A stretch of 64,000 nt of DNA from Candidatus Aenigmatarchaeota archaeon (GTDB taxonomy: Archaea > Aenigmatarchaeota > Aenigmatarchaeia > CG10238-14 > SCSR01), in assembly GCA_038999725.1 (NCBI GenBank), contig JAWBWS010000001.1, positions 129,711-193,710 of the forward strand, in the 5' to 3' direction. Position 1 is the first letter of the stretch; every line of letters begins with the position of its first letter. Position numbers and translations under genes: made by a program. Below the pieces are notes generated by a model. It worked only from the letters and a program-made list of their open reading frames with translations, did not search any database and was not told the origin of the DNA. Positions 19,736 through 30,499 of the stretch are shown in pieces.

Positions 19736-20689
19736 TTAAGGGTCTCTTATCCCCTCTTCAGTTATCTTAAATACAGCTTCACCCTCTGGCAATCCTGGAG
19801 AATCCACAAGCCTTGCTATCCTTGTTCCATCCTTCCCTCTTCTTAGGTATATCCTGTAAGTTGCCATGTGAGCCAAAATTGCTCCCCCTGAAGCTCTTAC
19901 AGGATCACCAAACATTACCGAGGGATCCATCAGGACTTGGTTTGTAATGTAAACTGCAAGGTTGTATGCATCTGCCAACCTCTGTAACATGTGTAGATGC
20001 TTGTTCAATTTTTGCTGTCTTGGAGCAAGTTCACCTCTTCCGGTAAAATCTGCTCTAAAGTGGGATGTTAGGCTGTCTATAACAATCAATTTGATATTTT
20101 TCTCTTCTATTATTTCATTTGCTTTTTCCACAAGGAACATTTGATGCTCAGAATTGAAAGCTCTAGCAACATAGATGTTGGATAAAACTTTTTCTGGGTC
20201 TAGATTTAAACTCTTTGCTATTTGAAGTATTCTTTCTGGCCTAAATGTGTTTTCTGTATCAATATATAGAACATTCCCCCCCAAACCACCTTTTTCAGGA
20301 GGCAATTGAACATTAACAGCAAGTTGAAAAGCTAGTTGGGTCTTGCCTGAACCAAATTGACCATAAGTTTCTGTTATTGCTTGAGTTTCTACTCCACCAC
20401 CCAAAAGATTATCCAAATTTTTTGATCCAGTTGTTATTTTTGCAACTTTAAGTCTTCTCTCTAAAATTTTATCAGCGCTTTCATAGCCAATTTCAAGTAT
20501 TTCTCTTATAGCATTTATTATCTTCGCTGCCTGCCCTTCACCAATTTCAGCAATTGCTGCAAGCTCACTTGGTGAAGCAACAGCTATAGCCATGGGGTCT
20601 GTGTAACCAACTTCTCTTAATTTTTGTGCTGTTTTTTCTCCAATTCCAGGGATATCCTCAAGTACTATCTCTTTTTTCTTCAATTTCAA
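19736..20689 (-). CDS. radA: DNA repair recombinase RadA
   Basis: N-terminal Hh[35 protein letters not shown]. Confidence 0.96.
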   Translation of the reverse strand: MKLKKKEIVLEDIPGIGEKTAQKLREVGYTDPMAIAVASPSELAAIAEIGEGQAAKIINAIREILEIGYESADKILERRLKVAKITTGSKNLDNLLGGGVETQAITETYGQFGSGKTQLAFQLAVNVQLPPEKGGLGGNVLYIDTENTFRPERILQIAKSLNLDPEKVLSNIYVARAFNSEHQMFLVEKANEIIEEKNIKLIVIDSLTSHFRADFTGRGELAPRQQKLNKHLHMLQRLADAYNLAVYITNQVLMDPSVMFGDPVRASGGAILAHMATYRIYLRRGKDGTRIARLVDSPGLPEGEAVFKITEEGIRDP

Positions 20690-21680
20690 TCTCCCCTGCT
20701 AATCTTTTACTCTCTTCTATCACATTTAAATCTTTTGCTTCACTAACTATAAATTCTATCCTATTAAAAGCTATATTCTTTTTAACTCTACCTGTGAGTT
20801 GTAATTCTCTGCCCAAAAGCCATTGTTTAATTACCTCATATCTTTTTTCCTCATCCATTTCTTCCAATTCTTTTGCTGAAACTTGCAGAACTTTTTCAGC
20901 CTGATCTCTGAAAAAAACCGCCCTTATGTTTCCTGTTCCATCATCTACTATTGTTGTTATTAACAAGGCTTTTGAGGGTGAAACTTCACCATGTTGAGGG
21001 CAAAGAAGTTTTTGGTCTTTTTTTACAAGTGTGTTCTCACATTCTGGACAAACATCAAAAAAGAATTTTCCCTTAAAGATATGAACTACTGTTGCAACAA
21101 TTTCAGCTTTTCCTGGTCTAAGATCTTTTATTGCTACTCTATCAGTCTGCTGTAAATGTTTTTTTCTCAAATATTCAAGGCTTGGTAAACTTTCACACTC
21201 AATTTTATTTATAAACCCGTATCTTCCTATCGAAACTTCAATCCCATATATTCCTTCTTTTGCCAAACCATTTGTCACTTGAACAGAATCACCAAGCTTT
21301 AACTCACCTTCTTCCACAAGCTTTGCTTGATCATTCCATAATGGAATTCTCACAAAACCTGTATCATCACCAACAAAAATGTTAACAACCTTGCCAGAAG
21401 AGCCATCTTGCCTTTCAAAATTTATTATTGGGGTAATATTAAAAACTCTTCCAACAAAACTTACACTCTTCATTCCAGGCACTATGTTCTTAATTTCAAG
21501 TTCTCTTCTCCTCTTCTCAACCAAATCCAAACCAAGCTCATTTGCAACTAAATAGGCAGCACCCTCTTCTGTTAGCAAGTCTGAAAATTCTTCTCTTTTC
21601 TCCTTTATTTTTTTCATTAACTCTTCTCTACTTAAACCGGAAGACTTCTCCATCTCTAAAAGAAGCTCTTCTAAGCTCAT
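20658..21680 (-). CDS. Replication protein A (two OB folds plus Zn finger)
   Basis: [15 protein letters not shown]...[16 protein letters not shown]. Confidence 0.9.
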   Translation of the reverse strand: MSLEELLLEMEKSSGLSREELMKKIKEKREEFSDLLTEEGAAYLVANELGLDLVEKRRRELEIKNIVPGMKSVSFVGRVFNITPIINFERQDGSSGKVVNIFVGDDTGFVRIPLWNDQAKLVEEGELKLGDSVQVTNGLAKEGIYGIEVSIGRYGFINKIECESLPSLEYLRKKHLQQTDRVAIKDLRPGKAEIVATVVHIFKGKFFFDVCPECENTLVKKDQKLLCPQHGEVSPSKALLITTIVDDGTGNIRAVFFRDQAEKVLQVSAKELEEMDEEKRYEVIKQWLLGRELQLTGRVKKNIAFNRIEFIVSEAKDLNVIEESKRLAGEIEIEEKRDST

Positions 21681-21712
21681 AAAACTCTAATAATGAATAG
21701 AAAGAATAAAAG

Positions 21713-21919
21713 TTAAATCTTTCTTCTCGCTAGCCTAATATCTTCATCAAGAATAGTTTTTCTGCCAGCATGTTTCGCAAGTAAAGCTGCCTCCTTTGCT
21801 ATTTTGAATAACTCTTCTTCCATGATTTTTGCCATTTCGTCTAAAGCTGATTGAGAGACCCTCTTCGCACCTACTTTTTTAAAAATTCTTTCAAATGGTT
21901 GTTTTGGTAAAATAGACAT
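21713..21919 (-). CDS. Archaeal histone
   Basis: LPKQPFERI, AKRVS, HAGRKTI..EDI. Confidence 0.95.
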   Translation of the reverse strand: MSILPKQPFERIFKKVGAKRVSQSALDEMAKIMEEELFKIAKEAALLAKHAGRKTILDEDIRLARRKI

Positions 21920-21950
21920 GATTAGATTTTGTCAGCTTGAATATAAAAAT

Positions 21951-24371
21951 TTAAAATTTAAGTTCAAAAATCTTTACTTCTGGATTTGAATATTTGAGTT
22001 CAAAGTGCTTAAGTTTTGGTATGTCAAATTCTTCCACTCCATTGCCGTTGAAAAAGAACATGTTTGTGAATATCGCTCTCTCTATATTTTCATCCATGAA
22101 AATAACCACTCTAAAACTTGGGTCAACAAAAATTAGACCATTCAGCGTTGCATTCTCTATTCTTTGGTTTATTTGTTGACCTTGATAAAAGTATACCATA
22201 TCTTTGATTATTGCATTTCTTATTCCTTGCCAAGGAATGTTTAGAATGGCTATAAGCTTGTTATCTTTTTGAAGTAGAGAAATTATTCCATTACCATATT
22301 CCAAAATTCCTTTTTCCTGATTGTAATTTGTTAATCCTAGTTGAATGAAGTTTCTACCCTCACCCACCCCTTTTCTCTCATCATAACTACCAAAGAAACT
22401 GAGCCAATAGTATTTTCCTATTAAATCCGAGCTTGCTATCACATACATTTTGTCTGCTGGCTTACAAGGGTCTTCTTTGAGAATGTTATCATAGATTATA
22501 TCACCAAAAGTTTCTTTAACCTTTTTACATTGTTCTGAAGAAAGAAGGGTGTATTTCTTAAGTATCGCTACCGCCTCGGTTTCGTTGCTTGTCGAAAAAA
22601 CTCTGCCCATATCACTTATCCTAATATCGTGATTGTATATCACACAATCTTCTGCACAATGAGCACCATCCGCCATAACTTTAAATGGATTCCCTTTGTA
22701 ATAGCTATAGCCAGCTAAAATATGTCCAGGATCCCACCATGTTGCGACTATTGTGTCTTTATCACTATTGGCAACGAGCCAATCTAAAGCCTCATACCAA
22801 TTGTTGCTTATTTCCATCCCACTTACTTGACCAAGTTGAATTGAATTGGAAATGAAAAATAAAAGCTGAAAAATAAAAAGGGAAAGAATTAAAACCTCCA
22901 TCATCTTTTGCTCTTTCTTGTAGATGAGTAAAAAAGAAATCAAAGAAATTAATAGTAAAGCTGCTGTATCGATTATAGATTTAAGGAAAAACTGTTGTAA
23001 GAAAATAAGAGCGAACAACAATATCAGAAGTGTGATTGACGGATATTTTTTATAATTTGCTATCATGTACCCACCTGCAACAGCTGCTACAATTGAGAAT
23101 TGTAAGCTAAACCTTACCCCCCTTGAAATGAGTAAAAACATGCTTAAAAGCCAGAAGAAAAAGAAAATTTCCTCTATAGAAATCTTCTCTTTCTTCCATA
23201 TCTTATAAAAAGCTAGAGCAAAAATTCCGAAAGAGAGGGTTGTTGGTAAAAGGCCAATTCTACTTGCAACTGAAATAAAACCCTCTCTGCCCAAAATGTT
23301 TATTGGTTGAAGCTCAGCAACTGAGACATTCACTCTAAGAGGCTTCTCTGGAATAATCATAAAAGCAGAAAAGATGAAATAGAAGAATAATAAAGAACCG
23401 AAAAAAGTAAGGGAAAAATAAAATCTTTTAGAAGCAGATGTTTGCCTCCTAACTAGATTGAAAAAATAACAAACAAAAACTCCATTCCATACTAACAAAA
23501 CTAATAAAACAAACAACCTTATTACCAAACCCAAACCTGTGAAAGCTATTCCACCAAAGAAGGAAGTAAAAAGTGTGGAATTAAAAATGAAAAATGAAAT
23601 GATGTTGGTAAGTAGGGAAATAAGAAATATTGGCCAACCTATTGTATGAATTTCTTCAAATAATTTTCTGATGTTTAATTTGAAAGAAAAAGAATGAACA
23701 AATTCCTCAAAAATGCGGAAAAATGGCAAAATAAATGTGAAGACTGTGAATAAAATCAAAGTTATCCAGCCACCGCCCCAATTCCATACAAACAGTAAAT
23801 TAGCAAGAGTTGCGAACAGTATGTAAATTGGCTTTGGTTTTTTGAGAGCAAGCAAAGTAGCAAAAATCGAAAGAAAAAAGTAAAAAACAACTGGAGCATC
23901 AGAATCACAATAGCCTGCCATGCTCACGCCAATAAAAGAAGGTGTTAAAACTGCAAATAATGCTGTAACTATTCCACCAAAATTATTGCTCAATAGTTTG
24001 CCAAGTAAAAAGGCTGGAATTGGTATTAGTGCTACCATTAACAGTGGGGAGAGAATTGCTGATTGCATAAAATCTGTTGGAGAAAAAATATTCAAAAGCT
24101 TATGGAAAAAAACTATTGTGTAAGCCCAACCATGGAAAGGCGATACTGGTCTGCCTGGAAAAGAGAAACTTTGTATGTCCCACTTTGGCAACTTTAAACT
24201 GTTATCCAAAATCATCTTGGCATATCTGTAGAACCACCAGGGATCGTAATCAAGAACTGTTGGTGTACCTAAGCTTGGAGATCTTATCCAAACAGCTAAA
24301 TAAATAATTATGCACAAACTTGTTAAACAAAGAAGCATTTCTCCAAACTTATCTATTTTCATACCAATCAA
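21951..24371 (-). CDS. aglB: Oligosaccharyltransferase AglB (STT3)
   Basis: DYDP, DSD, SVAELQP, WWDPG, DLIGK motifs; many TMs. Confidence 0.93.
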   Translation of the reverse strand: MIGMKIDKFGEMLLCLTSLCIIIYLAVWIRSPSLGTPTVLDYDPWWFYRYAKMILDNSLKLPKWDIQSFSFPGRPVSPFHGWAYTIVFFHKLLNIFSPTDFMQSAILSPLLMVALIPIPAFLLGKLLSNNFGGIVTALFAVLTPSFIGVSMAGYCDSDAPVVFYFFLSIFATLLALKKPKPIYILFATLANLLFVWNWGGGWITLILFTVFTFILPFFRIFEEFVHSFSFKLNIRKLFEEIHTIGWPIFLISLLTNIISFFIFNSTLFTSFFGGIAFTGLGLVIRLFVLLVLLVWNGVFVCYFFNLVRRQTSASKRFYFSLTFFGSLLFFYFIFSAFMIIPEKPLRVNVSVAELQPINILGREGFISVASRIGLLPTTLSFGIFALAFYKIWKKEKISIEEIFFFFWLLSMFLLISRGVRFSLQFSIVAAVAGGYMIANYKKYPSITLLILLFALIFLQQFFLKSIIDTAALLLISLISFLLIYKKEQKMMEVLILSLFIFQLLFFISNSIQLGQVSGMEISNNWYEALDWLVANSDKDTIVATWWDPGHILAGYSYYKGNPFKVMADGAHCAEDCVIYNHDIRISDMGRVFSTSNETEAVAILKKYTLLSSEQCKKVKETFGDIIYDNILKEDPCKPADKMYVIASSDLIGKYYWLSFFGSYDERKGVGEGRNFIQLGLTNYNQEKGILEYGNGIISLLQKDNKLIAILNIPWQGIRNAIIKDMVYFYQGQQINQRIENATLNGLIFVDPSFRVVIFMDENIERAIFTNMFFFNGNGVEEFDIPKLKHFELKYSNPEVKIFELKF

Positions 24372-24383
24372 TTAGTATTTCAT

Positions 24384-25553
24384 CTATAAAGATTTTAATC
24401 TAAGCTTCTCGTAAACTTCTAAGTGTTTTTTTACAGAATTTTCCCATGTAAATTTTTTAGTGTATTTTGCCCCTTCTTTTCCCATTCTCTTAGCTTTTTT
24501 CTCATCTATGAGAAGATTAATAATAGCTTTTGCAAGAGCCTTTGAATTTCTAGGTGGAACTAATATGCCTGTCTTACCATCGATTATGATTTCTGGGATG
24601 CTGCCAGCTTTTGTAGCAACTACTGCTTTACCACATCTTGAAGCTTCTGCATACATGAATCCAAAACCTTCTGCCACAGATGCACCTACCACAATATCAC
24701 ACATGGCATAAAATTTTGGGACTTCATTAAATGGCCTTTTACCTGTATAGATAACATACTTTTCAATCCCTAGTTTTTTGATTATGGGTTTAAGTTCTTC
24801 AAAACCAGAACCGCCAAGAACTAATCTAGCATCTCTTAAATGCTGAATTACATATTTTGTTGCTTCCAATAATATGGGAATATTTTTTGATTGTCCCACC
24901 CCTCTTATAGATAACCTTCCTGTGTATCCAAACAACCTATAATTTTCTAATTTCATTTTTTTTCTCAAATCACTTTTAACATTAGGGTGAAATAGTCTAA
25001 AGTCTATTCCATGTGGAATAACACTTATTCTCTCTTTTGGTGCACCGGCCTTAATCAAAGTTTCTTTAGAATAATTTGAAGGACAAGCAAACCAATCATA
25101 AGGTAAGGTAGCAATAAACCTTTCTACAAGTGGATAAACTTCTCTTTCAAAAAAATTTCTACCTATTTTCTTCCACAAATCACCAAACATTTCATGACAC
25201 CAAAGTAAACAAGGTCTTTTAGAAAGTTTAGCAACAAACCAGCCAAATGTTCCAGCAACGAAAGTATTAAACTGCAAAACATCCATTTTTTTTGCTAATT
25301 TTATTGCTGAAATTAAACCAGTTAAAGGAAAAAGTTGACGACCAGGAAATAGATAATGTTTAGAAAACAAAATGGGTGTTCGATGAATATGAATCCCTTG
25401 ATAGATTTCATAACCTTTTGTATTTGGTAGTTTGCTTGTAAGCCAATGAACCTCGTGTCCAAGTTTTACTAGTCTAGAAGCTAAATTTATTACATACGAT
25501 TCCCCACCGCCTATGTAGGGTGGCGCTAAGTCAGAGCAAATCATTATTCGCAT
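24384..25553 (-). CDS. GT4 glycosyltransferase
   Basis: GGGE, EGFGFMYAEA, GSIPEII. Confidence 0.92.
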   Translation of the reverse strand: MRIMICSDLAPPYIGGGESYVINLASRLVKLGHEVHWLTSKLPNTKGYEIYQGIHIHRTPILFSKHYLFPGRQLFPLTGLISAIKLAKKMDVLQFNTFVAGTFGWFVAKLSKRPCLLWCHEMFGDLWKKIGRNFFEREVYPLVERFIATLPYDWFACPSNYSKETLIKAGAPKERISVIPHGIDFRLFHPNVKSDLRKKMKLENYRLFGYTGRLSIRGVGQSKNIPILLEATKYVIQHLRDARLVLGGSGFEELKPIIKKLGIEKYVIYTGKRPFNEVPKFYAMCDIVVGASVAEGFGFMYAEASRCGKAVVATKAGSIPEIIIDGKTGILVPPRNSKALAKAIINLLIDEKKAKRMGKEGAKYTKKFTWENSVKKHLEVYEKLRLKSL

Positions 25554-25628
25554 TAATTAAACCCTAAAGAGTAAATGTATTTACCCATTAAAATTTATTC
25601 TTCTAAAGTTTTTTAATAAAAATTACAT

Positions 25629-26186
25629 TCATTTTATCGCCACACCTTTTATATGGGGGAATGAGATTTTTGCTGGGCAAAAAATTGAAACTATTCTGGC
25701 AATAAAAACTAAAATTTTAAACAATACCTTGTTCTTAAGAGTTGTGGTCTTATCCTCAAACCACATGTAATCTGTTTTGATATTCTTAAATCCAGCTGCC
25801 AACAAGTGGTTTTTCAAATGTAATGGTGTGTAGAGAGCATAATGTTTATCTAGAACGCCCTCTCTTATTGAATTTTCATAGTGTTGCCTAGAATACAAAA
25901 ATTTAAGTGGAAAGTGAAAGACCCAACATCCAGCATTGTCTGTTATTATAACTATTTTTCCCCCCTTTTTTAATACTCTATGAACTTTTTTCAAAAAAAT
26001 ATTTGGATTTTTCAAATGCTCAAAAATGAATTTTGCATAAACTTCATCAAATGTGTTCTTCTTATATGGTAATTCATCTTCATCAACATTACATTTGATT
26101 ACATTTGGCCTTGAGGGATAAATGTCAATGAAATCTGTACCGTATGTATCATTCCCACAGCCTACATTTAGTATTCTTTTTCTCAT
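25629..26186 (-). CDS. Class I SAM-dependent methyltransferase
   Basis: LNVGCG, FDEVYAKFIFEHL, RVLKKGG; start reassigned to ATG 26186. Confidence 0.85.
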   Translation of the reverse strand: MRKRILNVGCGNDTYGTDFIDIYPSRPNVIKCNVDEDELPYKKNTFDEVYAKFIFEHLKNPNIFLKKVHRVLKKGGKIVIITDNAGCWVFHFPLKFLYSRQHYENSIREGVLDKHYALYTPLHLKNHLLAAGFKNIKTDYMWFEDKTTTLKNKVLFKILVFIARIVSIFCPAKISFPHIKGVAIK

Positions 26187-26227
26187 AAACTCAACAAATT
26201 TAATTATAAACTTAAAATAGTTATTAG

Positions 26228-27865
26228 TTGATACTTGTGGGAAGAGAAATAACCATAGAAATAAAACATTTTGAGCTGATGGTCTTAATAGCTTTTTCTC
26301 TACTAGTTTTAACTCTAAACCTTCAAGTTGTTTTAAAGACACCAATAAATTTTGGTGATGAAGGCTTCCATACATATCTTGCTCAAAAAATTTGGGAAGA
26401 AAAAGAATATTTTGTCTGGGTGCCATTTGAAGGCACGAATTTGATTAAACAAGGTAATACACGTCCACCTTATTGGAATTTACTAGAAGCTGGTTTCTTC
26501 CTTATTTTCGGTTTTAGTGAAGGTGTAGTTAAGTTCTTGACACCATTCATTGCTATGCTTACTGGTATAGTTGTTTACCTTCTTGTCAAAAAACTTTTTG
26601 AGGAAAAAGTTGGCCTAATCTCGGCTATAATAGCAATAACAATCCCTTCTTTTGTCACTTATTCTGTCCTTTTCTACACAGATGTTCTCTTCACTTTCTT
26701 CACAACTTTGGCTTTTTTCCTTTTCTTGCTTTCGCAAAAAGAAAACAATAAAAAGTATTTCTGGCTTTCTGCAGTTTTTGCAGCTTTAGCTTTTTTAACA
26801 AAAATACCTGGAATCGCCTTTTATATTTTTTATGGTCTTGCTGCTTTGTATGAATTGGTAAAATTTAGGAAACCTTTAGAAACTTTTAAGAAATATTTGC
26901 CTGTTGTTGGTATTTTGTTGTTTGTGCCTGCAAGCTTCTTCATTAGAAATTACTATTACTTTGATACTCCATTTTGTTACAAAATCCCTTACATAGGAGT
27001 TTTTGATGTTTCTGGTTGTAGCATAAACAAATTCAAGAACCAGTATGAGTTTGCGGGTAGAGTAGAGCAAACTGGAACAGAAGCAAGTGTGTACCAAATT
27101 GGAATAATAAGCTACTTAGATTTCGCTTATGGCTCTCTTTGGCTTGTGGTTCTTGGTACAATAGGTGGATTTTTGCTATTGTTTGAAAAAAGAGATGTAG
27201 TCAGTATTTACACCCTTTTATTCTTGCTCCTATTCTTCTTACTTTTCCCATTTGTTGTTGGGAGAGCAGAAGATACTGCAAGATATACTTTGGGTTGGGC
27301 TCCTCTATTTGCTTTTCTTGCTGGTATATGGTATTCTAAAACTTATGAGTTTCTGGAAAAAACTCAAAAATATCTTGGTTTTCTTGTTTTACTTTTTGTC
27401 TTTTTCTTGAGTTACATGAATGCTTCAAACAAACTCAGTGTAATGGCTCAAGTTAAGCAGTTTTCACCAACTTTCTTTGAGGCTTGTAATTGGGTAAAGA
27501 CAAATCTTACAGAAAACGTGAGCTTGTATACAGTTTGGGCACATCGTGCCATTTACAATTGCCAAAGGAATGCTGTTGGTACTGGAACTGTGCCTGATAT
27601 AGCTTTAAGTAAAGATTTGAATAAAACCTTAGAAGCTGCTAAAGCAAATGGTATAACCCATATTTTCATACAAAAGTTTAGTATTGACCCTGCCAATCAA
27701 CACTATGTGGAAAGGTATGATTTGGGTTTCATCGAATTTTTAGAAGCTAACCCTGAACATTTTGTTAAAGTTTATGAGAATGGTGCTTCTCTTGAGGAAT
27801 GTAAACAATACTGGCAAGCTGGATATTCTTGTGACGGAAACATAATTTATGAGATAAAGTGGTGA
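26228..27865 (+). CDS. GT-C fold membrane glycosyltransferase (GT39/PMT/ArnT-like)
   Basis: GDEGFH, RPP, YTDVL, LTK, ARY motifs; multi-TM. Confidence 0.8.
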   Translation: MILVGREITIEIKHFELMVLIAFSLLVLTLNLQVVLKTPINFGDEGFHTYLAQKIWEEKEYFVWVPFEGTNLIKQGNTRPPYWNLLEAGFFLIFGFSEGVVKFLTPFIAMLTGIVVYLLVKKLFEEKVGLISAIIAITIPSFVTYSVLFYTDVLFTFFTTLAFFLFLLSQKENNKKYFWLSAVFAALAFLTKIPGIAFYIFYGLAALYELVKFRKPLETFKKYLPVVGILLFVPASFFIRNYYYFDTPFCYKIPYIGVFDVSGCSINKFKNQYEFAGRVEQTGTEASVYQIGIISYLDFAYGSLWLVVLGTIGGFLLLFEKRDVVSIYTLLFLLLFFLLFPFVVGRAEDTARYTLGWAPLFAFLAGIWYSKTYEFLEKTQKYLGFLVLLFVFFLSYMNASNKLSVMAQVKQFSPTFFEACNWVKTNLTENVSLYTVWAHRAIYNCQRNAVGTGTVPDIALSKDLNKTLEAAKANGITHIFIQKFSIDPANQHYVERYDLGFIEFLEANPEHFVKVYENGASLEECKQYWQAGYSCDGNIIYEIKW

Positions 27866-27961
27866 GATGATATTGTCGATTGATATTTATTGATTTTTAG
27901 ATAAAATTTTTGTTCTTCACTCTTTGTATCAGAATTAGATTGTTTTTTAAATGATAGTATA

Positions 27962-29470
27962 CTAAGTAAACCTTGAAATAAATTTAGCTAAAAATAATAT
28001 TTGTTTTTTGAATAAAGGGGATTTTGAAGCAAAAAATTCTAGAATTATAACATCTTCTTTAATGTAAAATTTTAGTAGAATTAAAACTTCTATATAAATT
28101 AATCCAGCTATAATAGTTAAAAAAATTCCAGCTAATAAACCTGAAGTGAAACTAGTTGTTACATATAGAAAACTAAAAGAAATTAAGCTTGCCAAGATTA
28201 ACTTTCCTATGCTTCCCCAAACCAATTTCACTTCTAGATTTTTTCTTATGTAATAAAAGCTAAGTAAAGTTAGAATTGTTGTTGCCAAAATATAAGCTAT
28301 AGCTAATCCTAAAGCCGAAAAAACCAAAATTAAAGGAACAGCAAAAATAAAAAATAAAAAAGTTGTGACAATTACTATATTTCTATTGATCTTTATTTTT
28401 CCTATTGCATAGAGATTATAAAGAAAAACATTTCCTAAGCCATAGACTACAGAACTTAAAGCTAAAATTGGAAATAGTTGAGATGCTGGTAAATATTCTA
28501 CTCTTGAAAAAATTAAAATTATTGGTTTAGAGAATAACATTAAAAATAAAGCTACTGGTAGAGCAAGAAATAAAGCATATCTGAAAACTAATTCTATTAA
28601 GTGGCTTACTTTCTTCTTTGAGTTACGGTCAATAGAAAGTTGAGAGGTTATTGGTAGCAAAGCTGAAGTTAGGGTTTGAGGTATTACTGTTATAGGATAT
28701 GTTAAAATCATTGCTATGGTAAAAATTCCAGTAGTTTCTGGGTTTTTAAGAATTGTTAGTAAAACGTATTGACCATTTAAAAATATTATCCAGGCTAAGT
28801 TCGCAATAAAAGTTGGTAAAGCATAGTCAAAGAAAATTTTTTTCTTGTTTATTTTTCCCAACATCCCTTTAAAAGGGATAAAGAAAAATCTAAGTAAAGT
28901 AATTACAAGAAATCCGATTAAAAATCCTACTAACGGTCCTAAATAGCCTAAACCAAAAAAAATTAGAATTGTGGATATCGAAACTTTAGCCAATTGCCCC
29001 CACCAATCTGTTTCTAAAAATATTTTCATATCTTGAAATCCGTAAATTATCGTCCCAAATTGAGTTGATAGGGAAATGATGAAAAGGGTTATAGCCGTCA
29101 GCCAAATTGCAATTAAGGGAGTTTTTAGAATTGATTGAAAGAAAGATGAAAAAGAAAACAGAACTAAAACAAAAAATAAATTGGAAATTAATATTACCTT
29201 AAGAGAGAACCTTATCAAAGAATTTATTTTTCCTTTTTGTTTTTTTGCTAAATATTCTGGTATTAATTTCCAGGTTGCGGTATTTAATCCAAGTAAACTA
29301 ACACCAGATAAAACTATTGCCAAGTTAACAGAAGTTGAAACTATTCCGTATTCTTCTGGCAACAAAGTTTTTCCAGCTATAGACCAATAGAGAAATCCCA
29401 TAGAAGTTAAAATAAGCCAATCTAGAAAAAGATAAACCGTGTTTGATATCAATTTTTCACTTACGCTCAT
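27962..29470 (-). CDS. Wzx/MOP-family flippase
   Basis: About 14 TMs; L.PEEYG motif; ALLP..SQL. Confidence 0.88.
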   Translation of the reverse strand: MSVSEKLISNTVYLFLDWLILTSMGFLYWSIAGKTLLPEEYGIVSTSVNLAIVLSGVSLLGLNTATWKLIPEYLAKKQKGKINSLIRFSLKVILISNLFFVLVLFSFSSFFQSILKTPLIAIWLTAITLFIISLSTQFGTIIYGFQDMKIFLETDWWGQLAKVSISTILIFFGLGYLGPLVGFLIGFLVITLLRFFFIPFKGMLGKINKKKIFFDYALPTFIANLAWIIFLNGQYVLLTILKNPETTGIFTIAMILTYPITVIPQTLTSALLPITSQLSIDRNSKKKVSHLIELVFRYALFLALPVALFLMLFSKPIILIFSRVEYLPASQLFPILALSSVVYGLGNVFLYNLYAIGKIKINRNIVIVTTFLFFIFAVPLILVFSALGLAIAYILATTILTLLSFYYIRKNLEVKLVWGSIGKLILASLISFSFLYVTTSFTSGLLAGIFLTIIAGLIYIEVLILLKFYIKEDVIILEFFASKSPLFKKQILFLAKFISRFT

Positions 29471-29483
29471 TTGTATCCCTTTA

Positions 29484-30446
29484 TTATATTTTTATGAAAA
29501 ATATGAAAGATAGAAAACCTATGAAAAACTGGACCAGAAGTAAAATCTTTACGATTGTTTTTTCTTTCACTCTAAAATAATATGGTAATATCCAATAAAT
29601 TGTATAAGGGTTTGGTGGTTTAATGTATCCATTCTTATCAACATCAGCAAATTTTTTATATGGTTTGTGTTTTATTTGCCAATATACAAATAGAAAAAAA
29701 TTAATCAAGTAAAGGGAAGAAAGACTTAAAAGAAATTTTTCCATATTTCCTATTATTGCCATACTTACTAAAACTGTTCCTATTGTAAACGTGCCTACAT
29801 CGCCAGGAAAGACTTTTGCAGGATACCAATTGAATTTTAAAAAAGCAAGTAAAGAACCTAAAAGTATTAAAGAAGTGAAGAAAATTAATTCATTCCCTAT
29901 TAAATGACTTACGATCAAAAACCAGAAAGCGTTAATAGCCCCCAAACCTGCTTCTAACCCATTATATCCAGCCAACATGTTTACCATATTTACTAAACCT
30001 ACAACCCCAAGTGGTATTATCAAGAAAGTGTAAATATTACCCAAATCTATGGGCCCGAAAAAAGGAATATCAACTATAGTATAGCCAACCCTAGCTATCA
30101 TTAAAGGAAGGGCAATAATTAAAGGAAGTATGAGTTTGTTCCTCCATCTTATTTCTATAAGCTGATCTTGAAGACCTAAAAGACCAGCAATCAGAATCGA
30201 AGAAAAAATTGAAAAAAACTTTAAATTGGTGGTGGTGTTTTGTATGGTTAGCCACAAACCGTAAATTAACAAACAAATTATAATAGAAAAAAGAAAAACA
30301 GTACCACCTGCTTCTGTAACTTTTGGTTTGTTTGGTTTATGTACATCTATTCCGAAAATTCCTTTTTTCTTAGCCAGAGGTATCCAATATTTGAGAAAAA
30401 TAAATGTTAATGAAAAAGACAATATAAACAAGGCTATATTTAACAT
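29484..30446 (-). CDS. UDP-GlcNAc:polyprenol-phosphate GlcNAc-1-phosphate transferase (AglH/MraY family)
   Basis: DVHKP, EAGG, NMVNMLAGYNGLE, NWYPAKVFPGDVG. Confidence 0.9.
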   Translation of the reverse strand: MLNIALFILSFSLTFIFLKYWIPLAKKKGIFGIDVHKPNKPKVTEAGGTVFLFSIIICLLIYGLWLTIQNTTTNLKFFSIFSSILIAGLLGLQDQLIEIRWRNKLILPLIIALPLMIARVGYTIVDIPFFGPIDLGNIYTFLIIPLGVVGLVNMVNMLAGYNGLEAGLGAINAFWFLIVSHLIGNELIFFTSLILLGSLLAFLKFNWYPAKVFPGDVGTFTIGTVLVSMAIIGNMEKFLLSLSSLYLINFFLFVYWQIKHKPYKKFADVDKNGYIKPPNPYTIYWILPYYFRVKEKTIVKILLLVQFFIGFLSFIFFIKI

Positions 30447-30499
30447 AACTAATAGAAAATGTCTTTTAATTTTATAAATAGCTTTTCAAAATAGATAAC

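Noticed and set aside
26187..26426. N-terminal extension of the methyltransferase ORF
   Set aside because: Antisense to the GT-C gene; the fold begins at MRKRILNVGCG
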